Source of the DNA: Tricharina praecox
Lineage: Eukaryota
DNA: 64,000 nt
Assembly (NCBI RefSeq): GCF_024521635.1
Contig: NW_026250434.1
Span: 186,001 to 250,000, forward strand
Direction: 5' to 3'
Shown here: positions 13,885-28,380 of the stretch, in pieces
Position numbering within the stretch: the stretch's first letter is position 1
How the letters are laid out: each line of letters opens with the position of its first letter
Position numbers and translations under genes: made by a program
The notes under the pieces: generated by a model
What the model saw: the letters and a program-made list of their open reading frames with translations, nothing else
What the model was told of the DNA's origin: nothing
Databases searched by the model: none

Positions 13885-14972
13885 CAGACCCTCCAACAGT
13901 TAGTCAGTTGAAATGGGAACACTGGTTTACTCTAAACAGTTCAGTCCTGGTTAATTTTGTTCCTGGTTCAGTTGGGAACAGAGGCTGTCATGACAGTTCC
14001 CAGCCGGTTTAGGTATGTATGTCTGGCAGTTGTTCCCGGGAAAACTGTCAGCGGATGAACTGTCAGTTCAGCCCGGGCAGCCAAACTGGGCGAGATACCT
14101 AGGTTCCCATGGTCACGGAAAGAGCGATAGAAGATGTACAGTACTAGATTTGAAGTACTAGGTACTCTGATGCTACCTACCCATGGTACCCATGGGAGCA
14201 CGGCGATTGAACCGCTTGATTTGATGGCGCAGAGTCAATTACGGTAACTGACTGACTAAACATGCGCCCGAGGCAATCTGTGTCAATCAGGATTATTGAC
14301 TTGGGACCCGCTGCGGTCAATTACGTTTATTGACGAAACGTGTCCCGGAGTCAATCGGGGTCATTCACGATTATTGACTCGAGATAGTATGTACCCAGTC
14401 AACCACACCACGGAGATCGATACCGTTGGCTGGCTTGGATACTCTCCAGGGCTTCAACACTCTCGGTACGTACCTAGGTAGTGTGTGCCGATGATCAGTC
14501 AGAATCATCTCGCACTCGGTGCGGAGAACAGCCGTTCAACCTCCGCCGACATGGCTGGTATACCTAGACAGAATGTCAATGGCCATTCGGCCGAGGTTAG
14601 GAAAATTAACGTCGTTGCTGCCATGGTTCTTTCTAGCCACCATTCGATCGCGGTAGGACTGTTTCGAACATTCCTCTCGACAGGCAATCAACAAGGCTTC
14701 CGAAGCTCGTCGACCGGCGGCGTTCTACTGCGCGCTGGGTTGATAGTAGCGACTGGGTGGTGGGTTGTAGGCGGTTGGCCGGTGGGTTTGTGGTGGCGAC
14801 GGGTTTGGCCCAAACTTTTAAGCCTCACTGAACTGATGGGACAAGTAGTTTTCCCAGTTCAAAACCTGGCAGTTGGTTCAGTTTGCCAGTTGGTTCAGTT
14901 CACTACCCCTAACAGTTGGTTGGTTCAGGAACACCCCCGGTTTGTTCCCGGTTCGAACTGTTGGAGGGTCTG
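13885..14972 (-). mobile_element. Non-autonomous hAT-family DNA transposon remnant
   Basis: Perfect 17-bp TIR CAGACCCTCCAACAGTT (13885-13901 / 14956-14972), subterminal CAGTT/GGTTCAG repeats, and a decayed minus-strand hAT dimerisation motif (EWW...IPAMSAEVERLFS, 14505-14687). Confidence 0.85.
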
Positions 14973-15126
14973 AACTGTAGCACCGTATACTCATCCTCCA
15001 TCATCAGAGGAGAAAGACACCGCTTTTAATTCCTGCCACTAAGGCCAATGAACACGCCATCAAACAAGTACAAAGTCGAAATATTCACATAAACCAAAAG
15101 AAATCCCTCATCCCAACAAAACCAAA

Positions 15127-18100
15127 TTACTCATCATCCTGCTGCTTCCCCTTCGCAGCAGCAACGAACGCCTTAGCCCTAGTAAGAACATCCTGCACGT
15201 TCTTCTCGCCGCCATTCTTCTCCTCAAACTCCTTCCACTTCTTGAACAGCGCGGCAGCCTGTTTCGCGGAGCACTTCTTGTCGGCGACGGCACGCTTGAA
15301 CAGGTTCCGGACTGCGTCGGCCTCGCCGTGCTTCATCTCCATGTCGATAAACACGTTCCAGATATCCATTCGCTTTTGGTAGGCGCCGATGAGGTTCTCG
15401 AAGAGCGTTCGGCCGCGCTCCGGGTCGCCCGTGCGGAATTCAAGACTGGCGAAGCGGATGATCAGATCGCGGTGCTGATCGCGGGTCAGTGCTTGCAGAG
15501 CGCGCTTCAAAAGGTCGCGGGCGGCGGTGCGGTTGCCCGAGGTCAGAAGGAAGTCGGCGTAGTTGATCCAGATCTTCGGCACTTGGCTGAATTTCTTGAT
15601 CATTACTTTGAAGAGGTCGTCTGCTTTCTGAAAGGGTATTAGTACTGTAGATAATGGCAATGGAGGGTGGTAGTGGTTACCTCAGTCTTGCTGCTCTGGA
15701 TGTAGATACTAGCCATACGCTCGTGCGTGTCCTGGGCATCGTTGTATTGAACGGCACGCTTGAATGTAGCCTCGAGTGTCTCGTCATCTCCGTAGGCATT
15801 CTCCATGTTCAAGAGCGCAACCCAGACATTCCTCCTCTCAGAGTCCTCCTTCTGTTGGATAATCTTGAGGGCACGCTCAGCGATCTCCCGAGCTTTCTCG
15901 GGCTCACCAAGTTGCAGCTGGAACGCCATGTACTGAATCCACAACCTCGAGTCATTAGGATCACCGAGCACCATGCGCTCGAAATCTGTAACCGACTGTG
16001 GCTCACGGTTGACCATGTCACCAGTAAGATCCTGCTTGATCTCGCTCTTCTTCTTCTTCTTCTTCCGCTTTCCTTTCTCTTCTTCCTCATCGGAGTCAGA
16101 TTCTACTTCGCGCTCGCGCTTTTCGAAGATGTCGTTGGCGGTCCAGTCGAAACCTCCGGCAGAGAGTCCTTGACCGGAGAGAACAGGTGCATCCTCCATG
16201 TCGACATCAGATGCATCGTCATCCTCGTCCTCGTCATCCTCGATCTGGATATCGCGAACGGCCGATAGATCGACACCACCGTCCTCACTCTCCTCGTCGG
16301 AGTCGGCGTCCTCCTTCTCCTCTTCGTCAAGATCCATACCACCGTCATCGCTGTCAACGTCTTCATCCTTGAAGTAGCTAGCCTTCAGCCCAAAACTAAT
16401 CCGGCGCTTCTCCATATCAATGGTCAGAATCTTTGCCTTGACCGGATCGCCCTCGGCATATAATTTCGAGATGTCCTCGACCTTTCTATCCGCGATCTGC
16501 GACTTGTGGCACAGACCGGAGACGTTGCTTCCGTCGATAGAGACAAAGACTCCGTATTCGGCCACCTTCTTGATCTTTCCAGTCACAATCTGGCCCTTGG
16601 TGAAGTCTCCAAGACCGCTCTGCTTCTCCGGAATCTTACCAGAGATGGCTGATGGTCGCAAACTCATCTGGATGTGGCCCAGAGGGTAATCAACGTTGAT
16701 AACTCTGCCCTCGACGACCTGGTCGACCTGGAACTTCGACTTCCATTCCTTGAGGAACTGGTCCGCGAGGTCGGAAACCTTGACCCAGGCCGTGACATTG
16801 TGGCCCAAAGTGATGAAGAGACCCTTGTCCGACACGTTCTTCACGAATCCCCGTCGCAGTTCCCTGTCCTTGACATCTCTAATGTTGTTGACCTCTGCGT
16901 CCTTGACAGGAAGCTGCGCGTTCATCACTCTGGATGGTCTGGTGGATAGCGACACCCGCTTGTTGGGCTTGTCGACATCGAGGACACACACGCGGACGAT
17001 TTCATTCTTGGCGAAGTTGGAAGCCTTTACCTGAGTGAAATCATCGGCCATATCGACCAAACTGACGACACCGATGACCGTGTCGCTAAGCTGTACCAGC
17101 ACCTGGCGGTCCTGAACCTTGGTAACACGACCAGGGACAACCATGCCCTTGCTCAGCCCGTCGAGGTCAAGCTTCTGCACAGAGGCTCTCTTCGCGGAAA
17201 GGTCCAGCTTTCCAGTAGAAGCATCCACATGAACGACCGAGACCTTGAGCGCCGATCCAGGGGGGAAGTGCTTCTCCAGATTTTTCAACTGGGCAACATC
17301 GTCGGAAATATCGAGAAGGCGGATTCTCCCTCGAATAGCGGGGGAGATATTGACCCATAAACAGTCCTCCGCAATGTTGTTGACAAAGGCCAACCATTCC
17401 GAGCCGACAGTGATCTTTTCCAGCGCCAAATTATCGGAGGAAGCATCGGCTACCAGAGCACTTGGCTTCGCCGTCAACTCGAAGATAGGCGTTTTGTTGC
17501 TCGAGGCTCTGTGCGAAATCGGTAGGAATCTGTGGTTGCGAGCGTCGTGCATGCCGATGACTTTGACATCCATGATACCGCCCTTCTTGAATCCTTTCAG
17601 TGGGGATTTCTTATCCTTGATGTCGCTCCAGTTATCGAAAAGCTGGGATACATCGATACGTCCCTGAATATTGTCCGCCAACTGGACGTTGATCTGAGTC
17701 TCCTGAACAGAAATGATCTTCGCCTTTGTGATCTTTCCCGGCTGGTAGTCGGCCACCGTCTTAGAATCACCGTCCACGGGGTGCATGGCATCCTTGGCTT
17801 CGACCTTCGTCTCTTTGTCCGCAGCCTTGGGCGCTGTCTCGTCGATGGGCTTCAAAGATAACAGAAATTTCTTCTGTTCGTGATCCATAGCGAAGACCCT
17901 ACCGGTAACAGACTGGTGTTTGAAGTATCCGAAACCAGGAAGTGATTGCTTCTCGACCGGCAGCGCATTTCTGAGAGCCAGACCGACGATTCCACCAGCA
18001 CAGCTCACAAATACACCCATATCGGCACTGCTCTTGACGTATCCATGAACAATCGCTCCTTCGTGGATCTGCTTGAAGCTATGAACCAAGGTGTTGCTCT

Positions 18101-20757
18101 TGGCTGCTTTGACGAGCGATGGCTTCAAACTCAGATGGATCATCCGCCGTCCCTCGTGCTTGTCCACCACCACCAGATCCTTCAGGACTTGACCAGCTCG
18201 GAACTTTTTGAACGTGTTCATGTTCTTTTCCCGGCTACCGTCGGTGATCTGACCAATCATGACGACTCCCTTCAGACCGGTGGCACCGACATCCTCTAGG
18301 TCCACAATGACATCGTCATTCGACTTCTCCGAGATCTTCCCCGAAACAATCTGACCAATCTTGAGGTCGGCCAACGCAGTCTTCTGGGCATCACCAAAGG
18401 CATTGGCATCCTTGCAAGATACACGCATCTTCTTCTCCTCGGCATCGACGCTCAAGACGTGAACGTTGACCGACTGTCCGACACGGAAATGCTCGGCGGG
18501 GTTCTGGATATATGCCTCGCTCATCTCCGAGACCGGCAGCCATGCCGAGACACCAGCGTAGAACTTCACCACCGCACCGTGAGCCAGGATGCTGACAAGG
18601 GTTCCGACCGATTGCATTCCGGGCTCGACATCGTACGAGGCGATGACGGGCAGTTCCGAGTTGACCAGGGTCTTCTTCAGCGTCAATCGGACCTTTCGTC
18701 TTTGCGGGTTCGTAGTCAAAACCTAGTTAACGCCATTGTTAACTCGTTACCCTAATCATCACTCGGAAAAGATATACTCACTCTAGCCGTGACCTCCATA
18801 CCTTCCCTGAACTTCTTCTCCGGGTTCTTCAGCTTGATGTCGCTCAAGTGGTCCTCCTCGACAACACCACTGATTCCGTCGGCGATGTTGATGACAACAC
18901 CACCACGCTCGAGGACCTTCTCGATCTTGCCCTTGACTACAGAGCCGATCTTGATATCATCAACCCTCAAGTAAGGCTGCTCAAGGATACGCTTCTCCAT
19001 ACTGAGTAAGTAGAGGCCATCCATAGGGTTGAAGCCTAGAATCCTGGCAGGATGAGTGGCACCAATTTTGTAGGCACCAATGGTCTTCTCCAAGTTCTCA
19101 ATCTTCTCGTCACTGGAAATTCTTGAGATATGGACAAATCCAGGAACACCAGCGACACCGACGTCAACGAAGAGACCAAGGTTAGGTTCTACACCGATGA
19201 TCTTGGCCTGGTCGATTGTGGTGGCGATTGGAAGAGCGATGAGAGGGCTGGTCTCTGAAGCCGGTACGAGTTGGAGGACATGAGGCAATATGGAAAAGCC
19301 GACTTTCTTGGATTCGGCGTCAGGGAAACGAGTGGTAATTCTGGCTTTGATCTGGAAAGTGATTTTGTGAGCATATATCGAGACAGTTTATGCGGTAAGC
19401 TTCATACCTTGCTGCCAGGTTTTACTCTCTCCTCAAGCTCTTTTTGGTCCCATCCGGCCACATGGAAGAAATCTGCCACGGCATCCAACATTCCCATTAT
19501 CGTCCCCACTACACCACCCTGCTTACCAACATCCGTAACCAAGATTTCCACACCAATTCCAGGCAGCAATGCATCGATAGAGTTGGCCTGGCTGAGCCAC
19601 CAGGACGCCTTTCCTCCTCCGAGCTTTCCCTTCTTCGAGAACTTCTGCTCCAAGTTGGCCGACAGCTTGACAATCTTACCGTTCGAGGACAGACCGGTGA
19701 CTGTGCACAGCATGACTTGACCTTCTTTCACCTCCGTATAGGTGAATCCGCTGCCCAGCTCCTTGGACGAGAGGAATCCCTTCAGATCGTTATCCAATCC
19801 CAGATCCATCACCAGACCATGATCTTCCACGGACACGACAGACGCCTGCACCGAGATTCCGACCGCCAAGTCGGGTGTCGTCAATCCAGTATTCGCCAGT
19901 TTAGGGTCGAGCGAAAGCTCTATCCGTTTCCGTGTCCTGGGAGCACCCTTTTCTCCTCGTGATGTCTTCACCGCGACTTCCTCTGTAGCATGAAGAACGT
20001 ATGCTCGCAGGTACTGTCCAACTTTGAACATGCCCTCGAGCTGAACGTCGTCGGAATCCTCCTTCTCGGCATCCTCCGTCTCCTTCTCCTCGTCGTCAGT
20101 GTCCTCGACCATGGCATCGACACGGCTGGTAACCTTGTCGGAGATCTGAGTAATCGGCACGAAACCTGTAAGGTTATTCGGCAGCGAGAGCGCAATATCA
20201 GTAGCATTGATCCTCTCCACGCAACCTAGAACCAACGTTCCGGGCGCAAGCCTCTATCGCACCAGCACGCCGCAATCAGCCTTCACCCTCCACAGCAGAG
20301 GAAAACTCCAGCACACGGGACGCACCTTGTAACTCAGTCCCTCAACCTTAGGCCCGGTGTCCTTCTCCTTCTCCTTCTTCCCATCTCCCTTCTTTCCCTT
20401 CTTCTTCTGGTCCGAGTGTCGCTGCTGCTGCTTCTTCTTTTTCTGCGCCGAGCCAGCATCTAGCAACGTCGTCGAAGACACCGCCGCACCTCCCGCCTCA
20501 AAGAGCGCATCCTTCATAGCCTCATTGGCCACCTCCTTGTACTCGAGCGGAGTGAGCGCCGACGCGCCTCCACGGGGGAACGACGAAGCCTCATCGTCTC
20601 GGAGCGTCGACGGTGTGGGAATCGGTGCTCTGTCGCCACTGCCGGGAGTGGTGGAAGGTTTCAGGCGCTTGTTGGGGCCTTCCGCCGCAGCTTTGGGCGC
20701 GGGTTTGGACTTGGGGGCGGACGACTCCTGAGGCCGCTTTCTCTTTTCGGGCGCCAT
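15127..20757 (-). CDS. RRP5: rRNA biogenesis protein Rrp5 (S1 repeats + C-terminal HAT/TPR), about 4 introns
   Basis: [14 protein letters not shown]-terminal motif, multiple S1 domains, [29 protein letters not shown] and HAT repeats spread over five ORF segments separated by short introns. Confidence 0.96.
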
Positions 20758-21119
20758 TGGTTTGTGTGAGGTGTGCGGGTTGCTTGGGGAGAGGTGGGAT
20801 GAAGACAGAGACCGCTGAGATATGGTTCTTCTTCCTCTCGTCTAAGATTTTTTTTGACAGGGTTCAATCGAATGACGGATCAAATATGCGCTAACCGTAG
20901 CGGGTCTTCGAGTGAGAGTTAGATTACCACTAGGCAGTACATCACTGGAACATCAGCTTGCCTCGTGCGTTGGAGAACAGAAGTGGGAGAATTAGCTCGT
21001 TACAGTATATTAACGAACGATCCCAAACATTCAGTAAAACAACAATTAGAAATTCCCAAATGCAAGTCCCAAATACAATGACAAGTCCTCAGAAAGCACA
21101 ATGATACAATACAAGCCAT

Positions 21120-24100
21120 CTACCACGAAATCTCATCAAGATCGAACCTCTTGAGCTCTTGCTCACGGTCCTGCAAATCCTTCCTAGCCTTCATGCGCAT
21201 ATAGAAGATAGGACAGTCCTTATTACTGCAGATGACCTCGCAGTGGATGGAGCCCTGACAACGTTGACACTGCGTCCACAGTCTGCCAAAGCGCACTTGC
21301 ATCTCATTGACTTTGGCTAAACTCTTCTGGTAGAGCTCGCCAAAGCGCGGACGGCAGTCCTCGCAGACTGCACCATCCGTTTGGCCCTTCTTGGTCAGCG
21401 GGGCCTTGCAGCCCGTGCACGTCTGTGTCTTCTTTGCAAACTTCATGAGGCCGCCAACTTTTGGCGCGGTGATCGAGATGGTGCGCGTATGGTCACCAGT
21501 CACTATATCCCATTAGTAGCTACACGAGGATTCAAGAGAAAGAATACATACGCAGCTGCTGAGCCTTACGCTCACCTATGATAGGCTCGAAGATACGTCC
21601 AAGTGGCTTTGCCAGCTGGTTGTCCAGATAGTATTTGGTGTCGATCGGGACCGAGTGCTCGAGCACATAGATGGGGTCTTCAGATTTCTCGTAGTTTTTG
21701 GCTCCACCCGCGCCCTTTACAATGACGTATGCCACACGATCACCGAGGGTGGGAGCGGATCCAGCATCTCGTTTCTTCATTCGCTCGACGAGTTCGGTAT
21801 GGGCTTGCTTGGACGTGTAGTCCGCCTTCGATAGGGCTTTGGTGATGACCAGCTGCGACATGTCGATGCGGTTCTGGAGGAGGTCGGCAATCAAACTCTT
21901 GACGTAGCTACGGCGATGACACGGATAAGCAAGGATTTAGGAAACCATTCGGCATGTGAGACACCTACCTCTGAGCGCCCTCCGGATCCTGATCGATCAA
22001 CAGCTTCTTCAGCACGGTTTCGATGCAAACCTGCACCAACCTGCAGTTGTCACGACGGACGGTCTCGATACCCTTACTGTCCATCTTGTCGTACTTGTCT
22101 GTTCTCGTCCAGTACAGCCCAGCGTATCGCTTCTTGTTGATCAGAAGGTACGGGAAGTAAACCTTTTCGAACTCCAACTTGATGGGTGTGATGAACTTGG
22201 ACGACACGAGGTCTGCAGCCTCTTGTCCCAATTTCATCGCCGTCGGTAGATCTTTCGGTCCAAACTTTACCATGACCGAATCGGTATCACCGTAGATAAC
22301 CTGAGCGTCGTGCTCGTAGCCATTGGCGATAGTGTAGTGCGATTCGACCACATCCCGAGTCTTTTCAATCATTTGTCTGCCGTAACTCGTAACACTGGAT
22401 GCGATCTGGAGACACGGCAGCTTTCCGACAGTGGCACCGGTGATACCGTAGACCGAGTTGGCCGAGATCTTCAACGCGAGCTGTCGACCGTTCAGCACAG
22501 CCTTCTTGAACGGATCCGTCTCCTTCTTGAGCTCATTCTTGGCTCGCTTTCTGGCGCCCAGTAAACCCTCCAGAATCAGCGGTACCATACCCTTACGCTG
22601 TGTGGCTTTGACGAACCAGTCACCGTTCGGTGTGACTGTGTAGTCCTCACCTTCCTTCAATTTGAGTCGCACGGCGGTCTCTTTCTTGAGGAGGGTTGTG
22701 TAGCAAAGGTTATGGGCCTGCATGATACTCGGGTAAAGGGACGCAAAATCTAGGGTGGCAATCGGCACGTTGTAGTATCCCCTGGTCGGATCGATGACAG
22801 TTGCACCTTCGTATTGCTCCTCGGACCCCTGATGTCGCAGGTTCGGAATGACGAGATTCTGCTCGAGGGCTTTCCGGAAGATTTGGGAAAGGAACCGGAC
22901 CTGCTGTCCACGGGCCAACAGATAGTTGAATGGGACACCAGTGACACGAGCCATCTCCGTGAGGTTGATCAAGCACATCAGTTTGTCCAGCAATCGCTGT
23001 GGAAGGTAGGCGTCCTTGAGACAGTAGACGGCCAAACGACGCCGGGTTTCCGAGGTACCGTTGAAGAGCTCGGTAATCATGCTGTGATGAACATCTTCCT
23101 TCTGTTCGCCCAGGAAGTGTGCGGAAACCGAGTTCAACGTGTACGAACGCAGCTGGTGATCACGTTGGATGACCTGCAGCAGGTCGATCTGTAGTCTACC
23201 GTTGGTGTTGGTCGTCTTTGTTTCCCTGTTGCCCATCTGCTTGCTGGAGAAGTTGGAGTCCTTCGCCTCCGTCTTCATGTTCAACAGTCTGGTCCAGAAC
23301 GGGAACACGGCGGCCTTCAGATGCTTCGCTCGATCCAAGAGATATGGCATATCGAAATTGGACGTGTTGTAACCGATGATCACGTCGGGGTCAACCCGCT
23401 GCACGAAGTTCTTCCATTCAATCAACATCGTCCGTTCATCCTTGAACTCGAGCAACTGGGTATTTATGATTGGCGAGCAGGTGTCCAGACAAAAAACATT
23501 CCGCACGAAGGGTTTGTCCTCTCCGTATCGAGTCACCATGTTGGCGATCTGAATCACGGGGTCATGCTGCGGCTCCGGAAAGATTCCCTTTCTACCCGCA
23601 CACTCGATATCGAAAGACAGGATCCGCAGCGGTGCCATCTTCGCATACTCGCCGTCGAAACTGTGGGCGATCAAATCCTTGTAGTTGATCTGAGCCTCGA
23701 GCTGGCAATTCGACGCCTTGTTGTTCCCAGTCACCATATTGTAGGTTCCGGCAGGCGCCTCCACCCAACTCATTCCCGCGATCTTGGTGTCTACCAGGAA
23801 CCGCATGACATACTGAATATTGTCGAACGTCATCAGACCGGTATCAGTGATGGGCCACATCCTACTGTAATTCCCTTCGCCTTTTTCGATCAACGCACGC
23901 ACTCGACTGATATTCTTCGGATCGGCAACCGAAATCTTGAGGTACGGAGACTTCTGGTTCCCGGTGAAGCCGTAGAGGTTCTCTCGCATGACAATCTCGA
24001 CTTTGTGGACCACCGGGTCGATGCTGTTGGAGAGCTTGTTGTCCAGCCATCTTCTGTATCCTTCGACGTTGTCTTGTGTGAAACTCATGGGTGCAGCGAC

Positions 24101-24542
24101 GAAGAGGTAGTGCATGAAATCCGTGACGTGTAGCAGAACCGAATGTCCTTCCTGAGGAATTGTCAGTACTTTCCAACTCCTCGCCCTCAAGTAAGAACGG
24201 AGCAATAAAAACCTCTGTGACTCCGAACAAGCGGATAGCATGTTTTCCCGCGTGATTTCCCTCCTCGACATCGATCTGCTGGAATAGAAGGCTATGCGTC
24301 TGCGGGTCAAACTTATCGTCCACGGCCGGTCTACTCCACTTCTGGTCCCTCTCGGCACCGCCATCCTTCAAATCGGTGATCTCCTGCGAGAGGTTCATCA
24401 ATTCCTCTTCGAAGCTGCTCGGAGGAGCAGCCTGCGAGAACTTCGCCAGCCGGTCATTCTTAGCTTTCTCTCCAACCTTGCGCTTCTTTGCTGTAGCAGA
24501 GTTGTCGGTGGCGAGGGCTCGTTTGGGGGCCTTGGGAGGCAT
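21120..24542 (-). CDS. POL3: DNA polymerase delta catalytic subunit
   Basis: Exo I FDIEC, polymerase motifs [24 protein letters not shown] and C-terminal CysA/CysB (CTGC...CEDC; CQRC...C...CPIFY). Three introns. Confidence 0.98.
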
Positions 24543-24669
24543 TGTGGGGGGTTGGGGGGTGTTTGGGTTCGTAGAAATCGTGTAAGGAGTGACGTGTAGA
24601 TGGGTGAATGGGTTTCTACAGTTGCCACAACATGGGTCTGCTGCGCGTGGAATGTTTTTACGTCAGTGG

Positions 24670-24675
24670 ACGCGT
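24670..24675. promoter_or_regulatory. MCB (MluI cell-cycle box) upstream of POL3
   Basis: ACGCGT about 130 bp upstream of the POL3 ATG, with a nearby CGCG core. MBF sites are typical of fungal DNA-replication genes. Confidence 0.5.
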
Positions 24676-26316
24676 TTTGGCTTGGCTCATGTGACTGAAC
24701 TCAATTAGGTGATATCGTGGCGAAACCTCCATTGATTTCCACCACCATTGCAGCCTCCCGACAGTCCTTTGTCGGTTTGAGACGGAGAAGCACAATGACA
24801 GCGGTATGTTCCAAAGACTTTTGCAATTAGGTTAAGGAAACATAGGCAGGTCATATCAATTACTGACCTCAACCGCGTCATTCTCGCGCAATCAGATGGG
24901 TGGCGGTACTAACTAGTACAATTAGTAGGAAGTAGTTCGTATCTGCGGTGATTTTGCAACTCTTAGGAGCTGGCTAGGACCGGAGAAGCTTCGACACTCA
25001 AAGTTGCGGGATCCGGGTACGGATCGCCCAACATACATAGCATCCAGTTACCGGTCATGTAGCCAGCCCTGACTCACGTGATGTTTCCGGATCCGGGAAA
25101 GGTTTATTCCATCAGAAGTTCGGAACGTATCATAGTTACAAGGAGGAAGCCTTAAGTCGTGGCCACCTCCATTACAGAGAAATCTTCCTATTTTATTTCG
25201 CATGCAGCCTATCTAGACTATGGCGAAGACCTCCATTACAGTTTCACTAGAAATTAGTCCCGATGCTTTTGTATGTAGTTAATGGCGAAGTGGAGATGGT
25301 CACGACTTACCCTTTATACTTACAAGTTCTTCCCAGGGCACCTACCACGGACGAGGTTCGCCCATGGAATATGTAATTGGTACTTCTTAAGCGATGGACA
25401 CGAGTTATTTTTTGTTTAATCATCATTGCATTCGATCTTAGTACCTAGATCACGGCAGATTATATATCCTTTTCCACCCGGCTGTCACCGACCGCTGGCC
25501 GTAAGCTCGGTACCGATTCCCTATTGCTCTCCGCCCAGCCCTACCCGCGAGCCAACCCTTCCTGCTCCCTTACAGCCATGGGAATGTGTGATCTACTATC
25601 TACCTACTATATATGAAACACGCAGGCTGTGATCGATGGCCACTCTACTTCACGAGTACCGTATTTAGATCTCCAGAGGTAGCTAGCTTTTCGCAACTCG
25701 CCGAAGTGTGGGATGCGAGTAAGCTATGAAGCATTGTTTCGACTCGAGAGAATTGGGGCTGTGATGCGGAGTACGGCAGTTGTTTGCGAGTCGAGCCAGC
25801 AGTCATGCCGTTCCCTACAAACAAAAGCCATATCCAACCTATCAGTAATCCACTCGCACAATGTGATGTTCGCATATTCTCAATACACACCTTGGCATCC
25901 CTCACTGTCACCCCTCACTGTCACCCCTCACTGTCACCCCTCACTGCCATCCCTTACTTCCATTGCGTATGATGCTGATTACTCGTCCACGTTTGACGTG
26001 GTTAAGCCAAAGTCAGTTTTGTTAACACCGATAGTGCCCGGCATTAGTTAACTAACGCCGGAGCCGCGCACAGCAGCTAGGCCACCACAGTCACTTATTC
26101 GGGCCGGGGCGTATAGAGTAGTTATCTCCGCGTATGTAGCGAGCCAGTATGATATAATCCGTGTATAAAATATGAGGTGTCCCGAGAGTCAATTTAGATT
26201 TTACTCGATAAACAGACAGCAAACAATCCATTTGTATAACAAGCCAGAACGGTAAAGATAAATATCATAGCAAGAAAGAAAGAAAAACTCAAGAACGCAA
26301 GCCCAACATACGAACA

Positions 26317-27402
26317 ATGTCACAATACGGTCACTCCACCACCGGCGCCGAGATCATGCGACGGTTCTCCTCCTATGCGGATGGGAAGACGAGTGCGTAC
26401 CCTCATATTTACCTCCACATATCCGCCGACTAACAGACCCTCGTGTGATATCAGTCCTGGTCACCGGCCCCTCGCCCTCGACTCTGGGCTCAGAGACCGC
26501 GATAACGCTGGCTAAGCACTCGCACCCCGCCCACCTCCTCCTGCTCGGGCGGTCGGCCTCCAAGCTCGAGCCTGTCGTGGAGAGCATCCGCACCGTCAAC
26601 TCCACTGTCAAAGTGACCATCATCCCCTGCGAGCTCTCGTCGCTAGCCTCCGTGCGTTCCGCCGCCGTGTTGATCTCGAGCACGCTCGCGGCCGCCAACG
26701 CGAAGCTCGACATCATCATCAACAACGCCGGGATCATGGCGGTCAGCCCCTACCGGGCGACCGGGGACGGCTTCGAGTCGCAGTTCGCAGTGAACCACCT
26801 CTCGCACTTCCTCCTGACGAACCTGCTGTACGCAGACCTGGCGCAGGGCGTCCGCGTGGTCAATCTAACCAGCAACGGCCACGAGATCGGACCCATCCGC
26901 TGGGACGACTACAACTTTGGCGAGGGCAGGGAGTACGACCCGTGGCTCGCGTACGGGCAGTCGAAGTCGGCGAATATCCTGTTCTCGAAGGCGATCTCGC
27001 GGAAGATGGCGAAGAAGCAGGCGAAGAGTATCGCGGTGCACCCCGGAAGTACGTTTCTTTTCAGCCATAACTACATCTGATACGGCACAGGACTGACGGC
27101 CAATAGTGGTACTCGGCACATCGCTCTGCGCCAACTCCAATGTCTCCAAGGAGCTTCTGGACCAGGGCATAGAACTGGCAACTCAAAACGCTGGCGGAGA
27201 GCTCCCACCCGCGTCTCTGAAGAATCTAGAGCAGGGTTGCTCAACGACTCTGGTTGCAGCACTGGATCCGGATATGGAGGATGGGGCGTACCTGACAGAC
27301 TGTAACATCACGGAGCCGAAGCCGTGGGCTAAGGATGATGAGAATGTATTCAAGCTGTGGGAGCTGAGTGAGAGGCTCGTGGGGGAGAAATTTGAGTTCT
27401 AA
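26317..27402 (+). CDS. Short-chain dehydrogenase/reductase (retinol dehydrogenase/WWOX-like), 2 introns
   Basis: GKTILVTG...LG cofactor motif after splicing, NNAGIMA, NHLSHFLL, catalytic YGQSK, VHPG, QGCSTTLVAALDP. Confidence 0.92.
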
Positions 27403-27516
27403 GTGGGTGGTGGGCTTGTGGGAGCGAGTGTGTTTCTGTGAGTAGTCCACTAGCCGTTCGGAGGACCGGTGGTGGGTACTTGGAATATTCGGTGCGGTAG
27501 CGGGTCCAAGTTCGGT

Positions 27517-27552
<36 letters not shown>

Positions 27553-28380
27553 TCAGTAGCTCCTAGACCCGAACATACCACTTCTCTGCTCTCCATCTCC
27601 ATCGCTTCAGTGATCACTTCCACGAGTCCTTCCAACATCAAGTGGTGGTTTTGTTTTTGTTTAATCATCATAAGCTTGCGAGGGAAGGAAAATAGCTACT
27701 GCCCGTGACAACGTTTAGGAGACAGAAAATTATGCCCAATACAAGACCATCCAGTGCCATACAGAATAAAAGTCCTGCTCAACTCAAATCCTTCCAACAT
27801 CATCCAGGCTATGCCACAACTCCTCTCCTCGCTCGTAATCCTCCCGAGCCACCACCACCATAGAGATGATGACTCCCCGCTATCCGTACCCAGCTTCCTG
27901 AAACTCGCGATGCTGCCTATCCCTCAATAGCGCCAGGGCAGGGTCATAAGGTTTTAAGCCAACAGATGTAGAGCAAATAGAGCTCACACACCCTGCCGGG
28001 CTCTGCTGCCTTGCGGGGTGATGTGCGGATTTACGCTGGGTTGCGCTCGGTTAAAGATGCATAAAAAGGACGACTCAGTGATGTTTTTTGGTTTAATCAT
28101 CATTGCATTCGACCTTACCGGTAGATAGTAGATCACGGCAGATTACTTACATATCCCACGACTCAGGGATTTCTCGGTACTATAGGTACAGTTAATGCCC
28201 CTCTCCGATTGGACGTAATGAGTGATTTGCGAATACCCTGAACGGTCTCCAACTCGCCAACTCGTCCACGATATACTTCTTCTCCCGTTTTCTGAAGGCG
28301 TCGTTGCACTCGTCCGAGGGTGGGGAGTCAGGAGTCTCAATGCAGGGACTTGCAAAACCATTCAGTATAAACCTCAACGC

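Noticed and set aside
27720..27960. Possible decayed coding fragment on the minus strand
   Set aside because: Interrupted by stops and no identifiable domain.
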